From sequence record MN091626.1: a stretch of DNA of 64,000 nucleotides; one strand, given 5' to 3'. The notes beneath the pieces are model-generated. The model was given only the letters and a program-made list of their open reading frames with translations, had not been told where the DNA came from and did no database searches. Within the stretch, counting starts at the first letter, position 1. Each line of letters opens with the position of its first letter. Position numbers and translations under genes: made by a program. Below, in pieces: positions 29,271 through 40,008 of this stretch.

Positions 29271-32200
29271 ATCCCTATTCTTGGACTGTCTGCATGTCTA
29301 CTAGTATATGGGTTTAATAATTCTAATGGAGTGTATAAAGCTGTATCACTTACATCTTTTTTATTACCATCAGTATAACCACGAGTAGATTTAATCTGTG
29401 TATCATATGAAAGTTGTCTAACTATTCCCACCTTATTAGAATCGGGAGTAGATATTCCTAATATACCTTGCATACTTTCGTCATAAGAACGAATATCAGG
29501 TTCATATGATTGTTCAGAGTTACGTCCAGCAGGACCTTTAAATGTAACAGAAGTCATCTTATCTATTTCTAAGTTAGGGTTTAAATCAGAAACTTCATCT
29601 ACTGTAGGTTGTTCCATAATAGTTTTAATTAATTGGTCTTGTTTAACTGAAATATTCTTAGGATTTTTATTATTATAAGAATCTGAATATTCTTTATAAG
29701 CATTTGCCATCATTTTATACAATAATGCGTTAATTTGCTCTGGTCCACGTACACGATAAATTCCCATATCATTATGATCTCTAGCTGAAACGTCTTCTAA
29801 CATTGTATTAGCTAATAGTAATAATTCAACCATATTATCAGGAAGTTTTAAATCTCTTAATACTTCTTTAGTAATAGGATCCATTGCTAAATCCATAGTA
29901 TTTTTAATACCTTTACCAACATTACGACTGTAGAATTTATCATTGAAATATTCTAAGTAAGGTGTTTCAGTTTCAAAATCACTGAAATTGTATTGTGAAG
30001 TAGGTAATACAGTTAATCCAGACATTAATAAATCAAATCTTAATTTATCAGTAGAGTATATTAAATAACCGTCTTGGAATTTAATCTTATTCTTTTTATC
30101 ATGAATGCTAATTCTTTCATTCTCAGTAGTAAATTTATAATCAACTTCATAAAGATCAAGAATATTAGTTAAACCTTTATAGAAACCTAATAATAGAATT
30201 GTAGGTACTAATTTATTAGTAATTTTAACACGTGAAAATGCCATCGTCTTATTAGATTGAATATTCTTACTGAATTTCTTATCAATAACTCCAAAGTCAA
30301 CTTCATTATCTAGTTTATCAATAATGTAATCAAATATATTTACTTCCATAGATTTAATATTAGATTTACTACATTCATACATAACAGATTCTGTTTTGTC
30401 TGCTAATATTAATTTAGATTTATTAATATTATACCCGATAGGGAAATATTTATCTTGATCATAATCAATCTTAGATAAACTAGCACTATCAGAAATCATT
30501 CCTAATAAACTTCTTTGGTTGAATTCAAGTACATTAGTGCCATCTTGGAAATTTAATATATTTCTAGATAAACTATTATAAATAACTGAAGTTACGTATT
30601 TATTATTAATTAAAGAAGCATTACCTTTTTTAACAGATAGGTTAGATTTATTTTCAATATAATCTATAACTTGGTCATCTTCAATAACTTTCTTAATCCA
30701 TTCAGTTTCAGCATTTTCTTTATAACCGAATTTTTCTATAATGAATTTATTATAGTTAGTTGTAATCCAAACAGTATCAGGTTTATATTTAACGATTGGC
30801 CACATCATTAACTGTTTAGTTAATACTTTTTTACCGCCATTAAGTTTCATATATTTACCGTCAATAACTTTAGGTACATCAAATTTAACATTATGAGTTA
30901 AACCATCTGGACTTCTAAATTGGACTTTAACTGTATTTTTTAATGACTGACTATCTGAATTATCTTCAATATTCATTTTATTAATAAATACTGGAATATC
31001 TTCATTGTCATTAAAGCTTTTCATTATATCAATAAAGTCTTTATTAAATGTTTTTTGCATATAAGAAATATCAAAATCATTAGAAGCAATATTGTTAATA
31101 GTCTCTTCATTGATATTATTAATATTTTCATTAATTTCTCTATCGATTAATTTATCTTCAGAAAAACTAAAATCTTCTAAATCATTAAGGTATTCATCTT
31201 GTTTCTTAGATAAAGCTAATATCTTTTTAGTATTTTTAAGAGCTTCATCACCAATACTAGATTTATTTTTAATATTTCTCTTAATTGATTTAAATGAATC
31301 ATTCTTGTCTAATACGTCTGAATATAAAGTTTCAGTATCAATATCAATTAAATCTTTATTATCATTTAATTCTTTTTCAATTATCATAGCTATATTATAT
31401 TCATCATCAACATCCATTTCAGTATTGTCTAATGATCTAATATAACTTATTGTAGAATCTATTTTATTAGATATTTTTTCTAGCTGTTCATCATTTTCAT
31501 ATTCAACTTCATCATTCTGAGCTTCAATAGGGTCAATTGTACCTACATTATCAAATGCTTTCTTTTTAATTACTCCATCTACAGCTTCAGTATTATCATC
31601 ATCTTCAACTTTACTAATTTCATCAGTATCCAATGCCTGTGTATTAGTGTCAATCATTCTTCTTAATCTTTGTCTAAGTCTCATATTAAGTTTATTATAA
31701 TCTTTGTAATCAAATTTAAACATTATTCCATTATCTAATGAGACAAATAATAAATTAACATTTTGATTTTCACCATGAGGTAATTCTTCTTGATTCTTAA
31801 TCATCATGAATAAGCTTGACATGAAATCTTTTGTATTAGGTCTAATAGCTTGTTGAGAAGGTTTATTATACCCATCAACATTAATCACATAAAGTAAATT
31901 ATTGTAATCTTCTGTATTATTTAAAGAGTTAAAAGTTGATTTAACTGAATCTAATACTGTATTAAAGTTTTTAGTCATTAATGATTTATCTTCTAAATCA
32001 ATAAATTTAGTTGAATCAACAATATAGTTTCTACCTTTAAATAATTTCTCATTTCGTTCAACTCTATACTGTTTATAAGATTTAGATTTAATTTCTTTTT
32101 GATAATCTGTTATATTCGTTAATAATCTAGTTCTTCTATTTTGAGTTCTATACAATCTTGGTGTATAGATATTCTTGAAATTCTGATGATATAATAATCC

Positions 32201-32356
32201 ACTATTTAAGAAATCAGTAAATGAATTTTCTTTAAAACCTTTATAAATAACTAACTGGTCTTTTTTCTTATCTTTGATTTCTTCATCAATAGCTTTAATT
32301 TTATATCCAGATATTGAATAGAATTTAAGATTTTTTAATCTATTAAGATATTTCAA
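29271..32356 (-). CDS. RNA polymerase beta subunit (probably virion RNAP), exon 1; spliced product 1417 aa
   Basis: YMKLNGGKKV, YRVRGPE, FKGPAG, STPDSNKVGIVRQL, HADSPR; size like phiKZ gp178. Confidence 0.88.
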
Positions 32357-32816
32357 TTATGCCATTCCTTTCCGTATTTAATTTTATTGATTAATATATT
32401 TATATTACTTTTATTTTATAATATTATTCAATAAATTTCCTATATACAATAGTTTTGATTACTATCATTATGTATTTTAATTGGATTTATAAAAATAAAA
32501 TAACGAACTATGTGAGTTATTTTTAAATACATTTTTATGAAATAAAAATGTGTACTATCCCCTCATAATATTTTAATTTATATAAATATACTATAAGAAT
32601 AGTATATTTATTATTATAATATTTTATTATAATATAATTATAATATTCCGGACACTTTCAAATTTTTTATCACATAATGGTACAAATTTATAATTTTTTA
32701 AATAATTAATATAAAAATATTTATTAACTTCATACATATTGTTTAATTATATAAAAATTATAAAATACTCAGTAACATCTAAATATCAATAAAATAATGA
32801 AAGAAGTGAAAATAAA
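32357..32816. other. Extremely AT-rich divergent intergenic region between two RNAP genes
   Basis: 460 bp, ATAAATATACTAT/ATAGTATATTTAT palindrome near 32582-32611, repeated TATAAT units. Confidence 0.5.
32774..32785 (+). promoter_or_regulatory. Putative late promoter AACA-N6-TA
   Basis: AACA-TCTAAA-TA upstream of 32817. Confidence 0.65.
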
Positions 32817-34043
32817 TTGGCTAATATGAATTATGAAAATAAAACACTTAATGAAAAAGAAGTATCGACATTATTAAGTGTTGGTAAAGATGACATTACA
32901 TTAGACAAGTTAAAAGAATTATTTGCTTTTAGACAAAATACAGAACCAATGTATAATCCAACGGATAAATTTACATTAAAGAAAGATCTAGTCTATAATA
33001 AAAAAGATGAAAAAACTACTGTAGGTAGATATATATTTAATAAATTTATTTTAGATAATAAAATTGGACCGATTATAGGCTATATGAATCGTGATATGGG
33101 CGGTTCTGGAGTAGGTAAACTTCAATCTGATTTATCAAATTTATTACTTAATGATATTATTACTACACAAGAAATGTCAAATTATATCGATAAATTACAA
33201 TGGTTAGGTTTCTCTATAGCCAGTTTTATTAATTCTAGTCTAACTACTACAATGATGACTGCTACTGAAAAAGTTAAACAGAAAAAAGAAGAGTTATTAG
33301 TTAAATATGAAAAAGCATTGAATACTCCTGGAGAGGAATTAAATGCAATATCAGTTATTGAAAAAGAATTAATCAATTTAAGTAAAGAAGAATTAAAAGG
33401 TTTAGCTGATTTAGATATTTATGATAGTGGTTCACGTGGTTCATTCGGCAATAATTATAAATTAACTGCATTAATTCGTGGAGCAAATAAAAACTTTGCT
33501 GATCCAAGTAAAATTAGAATTGCTAAAAGCTCACTAGCTGAAGGAATTGATCCTAATGAACTTTATATGTTTGGAGATATTATGACTGCAGGTTCAGCTG
33601 GACGTGCACTAGGTACTCAAGAAGGAGGGTATCAGGCTAAGCAACTAATGTCGGCCTTCCAAACAACTGTTTTAGATAAAAAAGGTTCTGACTGTAGAAC
33701 AAATCATTTCCTTAAATTAATATTAGATAAATCAAACGCATCATTAATGATGTATAGATATTTTAAAGATAATAACGCAAGATCAGGTCAATTAGTTTTA
33801 TTAACTCCTGAAAATGTAGATGATTACATGGGTAGAGTTTTAGAATTTAGAAGTCCTATGTATTGTGCAAGTGAAGATATTTGTAGTAAATGTGCAGGAG
33901 AATTACCATATAAATTAGGAATTGAAAATATTGGTCTATTAGTTAACCAAGTTGCTCAAGCAATCGTAACAAGTTCAATGAAATCTTTCCATGATATGAC
34001 GATTAAACAAAATGAAATAGATATAGAAAGTTATATAGAATAA
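32817..34043 (+). CDS. RNA polymerase beta-prime C-terminal subunit, probably virion RNAP
   Basis: SGSRG, TQEGGYQAK, RSPMYC..ICSKCAG, SMKSFH; ~410 aa like phiKZ gp80; late promoter. Confidence 0.85.
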   Translation: MANMNYENKTLNEKEVSTLLSVGKDDITLDKLKELFAFRQNTEPMYNPTDKFTLKKDLVYNKKDEKTTVGRYIFNKFILDNKIGPIIGYMNRDMGGSGVGKLQSDLSNLLLNDIITTQEMSNYIDKLQWLGFSIASFINSSLTTTMMTATEKVKQKKEELLVKYEKALNTPGEELNAISVIEKELINLSKEELKGLADLDIYDSGSRGSFGNNYKLTALIRGANKNFADPSKIRIAKSSLAEGIDPNELYMFGDIMTAGSAGRALGTQEGGYQAKQLMSAFQTTVLDKKGSDCRTNHFLKLILDKSNASLMMYRYFKDNNARSGQLVLLTPENVDDYMGRVLEFRSPMYCASEDICSKCAGELPYKLGIENIGLLVNQVAQAIVTSSMKSFHDMTIKQNEIDIESYIE

Positions 34044-34051
34044 CATAGATA

Positions 34052-34081
34052 GGATAACAATCATTAAATTGATTGTTATCC
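34052..34081 (+). terminator. Terminator-like hairpin
   Basis: GGATAACAATCA/TGATTGTTATCC plus T-rich tail. Confidence 0.65.
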
Positions 34082-34108
34082 TTATTTTATTGGATTAAAT
34101 CGTTCTTT

Positions 34109-34122
34109 AAATTTATATTATA
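34109..34122 (+). promoter_or_regulatory. Putative early promoter
   Basis: AAATTTATATTATA. Confidence 0.5.
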
Positions 34123-34181
34123 ATTATGAGGTGAATGATATGTATTAATGTGATATACTTATAATTATAAAAATAAATTTA

Positions 34182-36275
34182 ATGGAGATGAAATGGATAA
34201 TGTTAGGTAAAGAAATAATGAGAAGATCTGAAATAATTTACGATGATACAGATATAAAAACTGTTTTAAATTTAGATCCGGATAAAGATTACATAAATGA
34301 AGAAGAGGATATCGAATATATCTGTCCTAAACATGGTAAACAAAAAAGAAAAATAAAACAACATTTAGAAAAGAAAGGTTGTTTCGAGTGTCAATACGAT
34401 AATAAGTCTAAAAAGACTAAAGGTAAAGATTTATTAGAAGAGTTTTACAAAAGATTTAGAGAAGATGTTTTTGATTATCCAGATATAGAAGAAGATCGTG
34501 TATATTCATCTAGAGAAGAAATAAAGATAGTTTGTTTTAAACATGGAGAGTTCACTAGACAAATTAGAGAACATAATACAAAAGCTAAAATATGTGATAA
34601 ATGTAAATTAGAGGATGGAGGAAAAGATTTTAAAAAGAAACAATTTGAAGAAAGATTGAGAAATGAAAATTATGAAATGTATAAGATTACCGATTTTTCT
34701 GAGACTGTATTTGAAGGGTTAACTAATTTTATGTATGTTAGATGTAAAAAACATGATACGATTAACAAAATACAACCTAGATCATTACTAAGTAAGAATA
34801 GTAATGGGTGTTCAAAATGTAGAAGTGAAAAACTATTAAAAAGTAGAAGATCTAATAACAAGGTATATAACGTGGAAGATATTTTTAACATATATAAACA
34901 AAAAGGAAATCTTTTAAATACTGCGACTAAATATCTTGAAAATTTAAATCTCGAACAAAGAAAAGAGTTATTCTTAATGATATCCAAACATAATTTTGGA
35001 AATAAGTATGACTATTCTTTAATAGAAAAAGAAAAAAATAATTTTAAATCTAGAGATAAAGTAACACTAATATGTAAAGAACATAATGTCGAATTTAAAC
35101 AAAATATATCACACCACTATAAAGGTAGGTTAGGTTGTGATAAGTGTAAAAAGGATAATGTGTCTAAAAGTATATCTGACTCATACAGATTTTCTAAAAG
35201 AACAGATATAAAACCTGAAGAATTAATAAAAGAAGTGGATAATGAAAATTTCAAAGATAATGAGATAAGAAAAATAGTGAGATTAATGAATTTTGAAGAT
35301 AAAGGAAAATATTACAGATTATTAGGGAAAAAGATTAAGGGAGATAAATATAACTATGATAAATTAGTGTATAACGGTGATAGTGTTCAGGTAACTATAA
35401 CATGTAAAAAACATGGAGATTTTAAACAGGTAATATACGATCACTTTTTCCAAGATCATAATTGTAATAAATGTTCAAAGATCGTATCCAAACAAGAACT
35501 TAAATTAAGTAATGATTTGGAAAAATATTTTACAGTTAAAAATTCTTTAAGAAGAATATTTGAGGATAAAAGAAAAGAAATTGATATATTTATCAAAGAT
35601 ATTAATTTAGGTATAGAGATAAATGGTCTAAGATGGCATTCAAATGATATAAAAAAGGAGGATGAAAATAATTTTGCAAGATACCATCAATTTAGTAAAA
35701 TGAATGAATCTGAATGTTTAGGTATAAAATTATTAAACTTCTATGACGATGAAATAAATATAAAGAAAAATGAAATTTCTTATTCTAAAATAATGAAAGA
35801 AATTTTATTATTTAATAATTCCTTTAATATTAAAAATATAGATTTAAAAGATTTAGAGATGAAAAAGATATCTTATAATTTCATAAAGAAATTTTATAAG
35901 AAACATTCACTAGAATTCTTTAATGAAGAAGATAAAAATTATAGAGGAATATTCTATAAAGGTTATATAGTTTCCGTATTCTCATTTAATAATAAGAACG
36001 AATGTCATAACTATAGCACGAATTACAATTTAAATGAAGATATTGATTTAATATTAGATGCTTACCCTAATACCATTTTTAATCTTAGATCAGATTCTTA
36101 TAATAGATATAAATTTCAAGATTATGGGTTCATTACAATAAATAAAACTCTACCGCAATATAGAAATTTCAATAAAAAAGGTTTAACTAAAAATAGATAT
36201 AAAAGATTAGAAAAGAGGGATACTAATAATCCTAATAGAATTTATGATTGTGGTAGAACTATCATGATTTACTAA
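34182..36275 (+). CDS. Free-standing putative homing endonuclease (Hef/Vsr-like, multiple zinc-ribbon repeats)
   Basis: Repeated C..HG.F....H.....C..C; EIDIFI..GIEINGLRWH; C-terminal RIYDCG. Confidence 0.7.
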   Translation: MEMKWIMLGKEIMRRSEIIYDDTDIKTVLNLDPDKDYINEEEDIEYICPKHGKQKRKIKQHLEKKGCFECQYDNKSKKTKGKDLLEEFYKRFREDVFDYPDIEEDRVYSSREEIKIVCFKHGEFTRQIREHNTKAKICDKCKLEDGGKDFKKKQFEERLRNENYEMYKITDFSETVFEGLTNFMYVRCKKHDTINKIQPRSLLSKNSNGCSKCRSEKLLKSRRSNNKVYNVEDIFNIYKQKGNLLNTATKYLENLNLEQRKELFLMISKHNFGNKYDYSLIEKEKNNFKSRDKVTLICKEHNVEFKQNISHHYKGRLGCDKCKKDNVSKSISDSYRFSKRTDIKPEELIKEVDNENFKDNEIRKIVRLMNFEDKGKYYRLLGKKIKGDKYNYDKLVYNGDSVQVTITCKKHGDFKQVIYDHFFQDHNCNKCSKIVSKQELKLSNDLEKYFTVKNSLRRIFEDKRKEIDIFIKDINLGIEINGLRWHSNDIKKEDENNFARYHQFSKMNESECLGIKLLNFYDDEINIKKNEISYSKIMKEILLFNNSFNIKNIDLKDLEMKKISYNFIKKFYKKHSLEFFNEEDKNYRGIFYKGYIVSVFSFNNKNECHNYSTNYNLNEDIDLILDAYPNTIFNLRSDSYNRYKFQDYGFITINKTLPQYRNFNKKGLTKNRYKRLEKRDTNNPNRIYDCGRTIMIY

Positions 36276-36276
36276 T

Positions 36277-36310
36277 ATAATACAGTGACATTAATTTGTC
36301 ACTGTATTAT
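36277..36310 (+). terminator. Rho-independent terminator
   Basis: ATAATACAGTGACA-TTAATT-TGTCACTGTATTAT followed by long T run. Confidence 0.8.
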
Positions 36311-36516
36311 AATTATTTTTTTTTTTTATTTAGGATTTATAAATAACTATTTTAATATAGTAATAGATATATTTCTATTTACTATATTCGTAAATTCTTT
36401 TTCTTACTCAATCTCGTAATTTGTTTTGCGTCAAGCAAGTTACATGGGCCTCCTACCCGTATAATATTGTACTACACCTAAGTGGATCATAGAAAATGGT
36501 CCACTTTGTTTATCAT

Positions 36517-36588
36517 TGTCCCATAGCTCAACGGTAGAGCGATCGGCTGTTAACCGGTTTGTTGAAAGTTCGAATCTTTCTGGGACAG
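36517..36588 (+). tRNA. tRNA-Asn (GTT), CCA not encoded
   Basis: Acceptor TGTCCCA/TGGGACA, D arm GCTC/GAGC, anticodon loop CTGTTAA, T loop TTCGAAT. Confidence 0.93.
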
Positions 36589-36593
36589 CTTAT

Positions 36594-36664
36594 GTTCTTG
36601 TTGCTACTGGTTAAAGCATATCGAGTAAATCGGTATTTTGTGAGTTCGACTCTCACCAAGAACA
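36594..36664 (+). tRNA. Atypical tRNA-like element (loop AGTAAAT, nominal anticodon TAA)
   Basis: Acceptor GTTCTTG/CAAGAAC, T arm GTGAG-TTCGACT-CTCAC, but no U33 and a short variable loop. Confidence 0.65.
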
Positions 36665-36669
36665 CGCCA

Positions 36670-37030
36670 ATAGGATTAATCATCCTTACACTAAGGCTGC
36701 AGACTTAGTGTGAATAAAATACAGTATGAGTTATATGCCACTCTTATACTGTTAGATTCAACTAATGCTAAGGCATATCATTAGTTGTAAAAATTTAAAA
36801 CTTATATCTAATTTACGTTTAGTTATTAGATTGTATTTTTGTTAAAGAGGACTTATTTTACTTAATTGTAATAAGTATCTGACTTTAACTTAATTGGTTT
36901 TCTAGTTTTGACCCTAACAATAAAAAACTAGACTATTAAATATTTTATTTCTTTTTAGCTCACAACTTAAAAGAAAAACTAGGTGGATCATTTTATGCTT
37001 TTTTGATCGGCTAAAAACTAATAAAGCACC
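36670..37030 (+). ncRNA. Candidate structured ncRNA (run of consecutive hairpins)
   Basis: About nine adjacent inverted repeats, no ORF, followed by a terminator-like hairpin. Confidence 0.35.
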
Positions 37031-37033
37031 CTT

Positions 37034-37064
37034 ACCCTAACCTCATTAATTTGAAGGTTAGGGT
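37034..37064 (+). terminator. Terminator, CCCTAACC family
   Basis: ACCCTAACCTCATTAATTTGAAGGTTAGGGT. Confidence 0.7.
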
Positions 37065-37082
37065 TATTTTATACATAGTTTT

Positions 37083-37098
37083 AAATATATATTATAAA
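37083..37098 (+). promoter_or_regulatory. Putative early promoter
   Basis: AAATATATATTATAAA. Confidence 0.6.
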
Positions 37099-37149
37099 AA
37101 TGAGATATAATTCTCTCAAATACTTTTATAATATGGAGATGAAAAAGAT

Positions 37150-39099
37150 ATGATAGGTTCAAAGATTAGAAAATCATTAAATGAAAAATTTGGTTATCAT
37201 TATAAGTTTTTATTAGAAGATTTTAAGAAAGATTATGATTTAAATAATGATACAATTATGGTAACTAAAGAAGCTAGTGACATCACAAAAGAATATAAAA
37301 TAAAATCATTAAAGTATACTAAAGACATTGAAAAATTAGACAAAGACTTTAAGAAAGAGGAAGAAGAATTAAATATTAGAAAATCTAGAATTTTTAATTT
37401 AGATGAATTAGGTTTAGATGAAGACCTTAGAAACATCTGTAAGTATATAGACAGCACTACTAAATTAAAAGTAAAAGTTAGAGAGTATAAAAAAGAAAGT
37501 AAAGAAAATATTGAATTCTTTTACAAAAATTTTGCTAATTATACTTATAATAGTGTAATATATGATATGAGTCAGTTTAAGCCATCAACAATTAGATCTA
37601 ACCAGAAAGTTATATGTAGAAAACATGGACCTTTCTTTACCACTCCAGTAGATTTCTTTATAAAGAAAAAAGGATGTCCGGTGTGTGAAAAAGAAACGGA
37701 AGAAGAAAAGAAAGATACTAGTTGGAAGGATGAATTCATAGAAAATAAAAATGAAAAAATATATCAAGAAGTAAAGGAAGAGAAAGAAAAGGAAAATAAA
37801 AAATCTAAAAAAGAAAAGGTAGATGTGAAAAAAGAAAATAAAAAACTTTTAGATGAAGTATTAAATCCACCTGAATTAGGATATTATAGAGAACCGGATA
37901 AGATACCTAATACTGAAAAAGAAAATGAGAGATTCTTGAAGAGTATTAAAGAAATAGATAGTAAATTTGAAGAACCTAAAGAAGTTGAAGAACCAAAGGA
38001 AATTGTTAAACCTAAATTAAATAAAAAGACAGTTGATCAAATAATAGGAGACGATAATACTAATCTAAGCAGAAAAATTAGATATATAAATAAAAATATT
38101 TATACAGAAAATGAAAGACAAGATTTCTATAAAAAATTAACTGACCGCAAACATGGTAAAAATAAATATAAGATTGATAAATTTAGACCTAAGACGATTA
38201 AAGAAAAACAAGAAGTAATTTGTCTTAAGCATGGTCCTTTTAAAGTAACAGCTGAAGAATTATTAATTAAAGGTAGACAGTGTCCTAAATGTTCTTCTAC
38301 TAGTACTTCCATAACAGAAACTTTTGTAAGAGAATATATTCAGAGTTTAGATTTTGAAGTTAATAATTATGAGATAGAAGATTTAATCAAACCTTATGGT
38401 GTTGATATAGTTATCGAAAATTTAAAATTAGCTATTGAAGTTCAAGGTATTAAATATCATTCATCTGAAACACGATCAGAGGCTTCAAATAAATATCATC
38501 AATTAAGAAAATTAAAAATGCTAGAAAATAAAGGTTATCGTTTATTGAATATATACGATGATGAAATTCCTAATAAGAATAAAGGAATTGGTTGGGATAA
38601 ATTTGGTAGATTCTTATCTGAATTAATGATGTTTGATAAAAGATTTGATATTGAAGAAATGGATACTAATTCAATAAAAATAGATACAATTAGTTATTAC
38701 AAATTCAGAGAATTCTTTGAAAACTCTAGACAAGAATTTGTTACTGGTGATACAGAATATAAAGGAGTGGTTTATAAGAATAAATTAATTTCAGTATTCT
38801 CTTATAATAAAGAAACACGAGAATGTCATAACTATCATACTATGACAAATAATAAATTTGATTTAGAATTAATTAATAGAAAATACAAAGATTTAAAATT
38901 TATAGTTAAAAGAGATTCTTATGTAGCGTATAAAATGAAAAGCCATGATATGTTACCAATAGCAGAAACGGAACCTGATTTCTGTAACTTTTCAAAGACT
39001 AATGGAAATAGAAAAAATAACTATATAAGACAAAAAAGAAAGGATGAAAATGATAAAAACAAAGTATATAACTGTGGAAATATAATTTTTGTATTTTAA
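37150..39099 (+). CDS. Free-standing putative homing endonuclease (Hef/Vsr-like), paralog of 34182-36275
   Basis: ICRKHGPF..GCPVC and ICLKHGPF..CPKC; VDIVI..AIEVQGIKYH; C-terminal KVYNCG. Confidence 0.7.
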   Translation: MIGSKIRKSLNEKFGYHYKFLLEDFKKDYDLNNDTIMVTKEASDITKEYKIKSLKYTKDIEKLDKDFKKEEEELNIRKSRIFNLDELGLDEDLRNICKYIDSTTKLKVKVREYKKESKENIEFFYKNFANYTYNSVIYDMSQFKPSTIRSNQKVICRKHGPFFTTPVDFFIKKKGCPVCEKETEEEKKDTSWKDEFIENKNEKIYQEVKEEKEKENKKSKKEKVDVKKENKKLLDEVLNPPELGYYREPDKIPNTEKENERFLKSIKEIDSKFEEPKEVEEPKEIVKPKLNKKTVDQIIGDDNTNLSRKIRYINKNIYTENERQDFYKKLTDRKHGKNKYKIDKFRPKTIKEKQEVICLKHGPFKVTAEELLIKGRQCPKCSSTSTSITETFVREYIQSLDFEVNNYEIEDLIKPYGVDIVIENLKLAIEVQGIKYHSSETRSEASNKYHQLRKLKMLENKGYRLLNIYDDEIPNKNKGIGWDKFGRFLSELMMFDKRFDIEEMDTNSIKIDTISYYKFREFFENSRQEFVTGDTEYKGVVYKNKLISVFSYNKETRECHNYHTMTNNKFDLELINRKYKDLKFIVKRDSYVAYKMKSHDMLPIAETEPDFCNFSKTNGNRKNNYIRQKRKDENDKNKVYNCGNIIFVF

Positions 39100-39105
39100 A
39101 TAATA

Positions 39106-39135
39106 ACCCTAACCTTATTAATTTAAGGTTAGGGT
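39106..39135. terminator. Bidirectional terminator, CCCTAACC family
   Basis: ACCCTAACCTTA-TTAATT-TAAGGTTAGGGT between convergent genes. Confidence 0.75.
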
Positions 39136-39150
39136 ATTTTATATTTTTTT

Positions 39151-39834
39151 TTATTGAATTATCTTATTTGGTTTAACTTCACTTTTCATTTTGATTTCAG
39201 TTTTAACTTTGTCAAGAACTTCTGATTCATATAAAGAAGGATCTTCTTCATATTTTTTAGTCATCTTCTTAACAGCTTCTAATTTATTTTCTAATGGTGC
39301 TTCTAATTCTACTTGATTAAATAACCCTTCAAAATTACCGAAAACAAATTCTTCATTTAATGGAATAAACAGATCTCCATTGTGTGCTAACTCATGAGCA
39401 GTATAAGACAAAGGTACAATTCCTATATTACCCTCAAAATGCATTTTAATAACGTCTTCAGCTATTTTAAAACTTTCATATGATTTTTTATACTCATAAT
39501 TAGTTTTAAGTTTTTCTCTGTAGCTAGACACTATATCATATAAAGACAATGGGTAGTGGTGCATTTCCATAGTTAATCGCTTATCATCATTTATATCAAC
39601 TTCTGGTATAAATTTACATTTAGTGAGGTCCATTTCAGTTTTCAAAGCTTTAATAAATGATTTGTATTCATATGAGCTTCTAACTATTTTTTCAATATAT
39701 TTATTAAATGTCTCTTCAGACTTTATATCATCTTCATTATTATACATTTCGAATTTCTTTGTTTCATCTACATTTAATTCTATTGTTTCGATTAATTTTG
39801 GAAGGTCTTTTTTATCTACTTTTGGCATTTGCAT
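39151..39834 (-). CDS. Hypothetical protein with possible His-Me finger (HNH-like) motif
   Basis: C..., MEMHHYP, LSYTAHELAH; late promoter upstream. Confidence 0.5.
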   Translation of the reverse strand: MQMPKVDKKDLPKLIETIELNVDETKKFEMYNNEDDIKSEETFNKYIEKIVRSSYEYKSFIKALKTEMDLTKCKFIPEVDINDDKRLTMEMHHYPLSLYDIVSSYREKLKTNYEYKKSYESFKIAEDVIKMHFEGNIGIVPLSYTAHELAHNGDLFIPLNEEFVFGNFEGLFNQVELEAPLENKLEAVKKMTKKYEEDPSLYESEVLDKVKTEIKMKSEVKPNKIIQ

Positions 39835-39878
39835 AGATTTAATACCTTCTTTCCAATTTTCTTTTATCTATATTAATA

Positions 39879-39890
39879 TAATTAAATGTT
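39879..39890 (-). promoter_or_regulatory. Putative late promoter AACA-N6-TA
   Basis: AACA-TTTAAT-TA. Confidence 0.55.
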
Positions 39891-39931
39891 ATGAATATTT
39901 TTTAGCCTTTATGCGTTTCATGCAAATTTTT

Positions 39932-39947
39932 AAATATATATTATAAA
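39932..39947 (+). promoter_or_regulatory. Putative early promoter
   Basis: AAATATATATTATAAA. Confidence 0.6.
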
Positions 39948-40008
39948 AGTGAAGTACTAATTAGCTAATAGTATTTCATAAAAATTACACTAGGAGAGTG
40001 AATCGGAT

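Noticed and set aside
36670-37030. CRISPR-like mini-array
   Set aside because: Hairpins are not sequence repeats, spacing is irregular, and no cas genes are present
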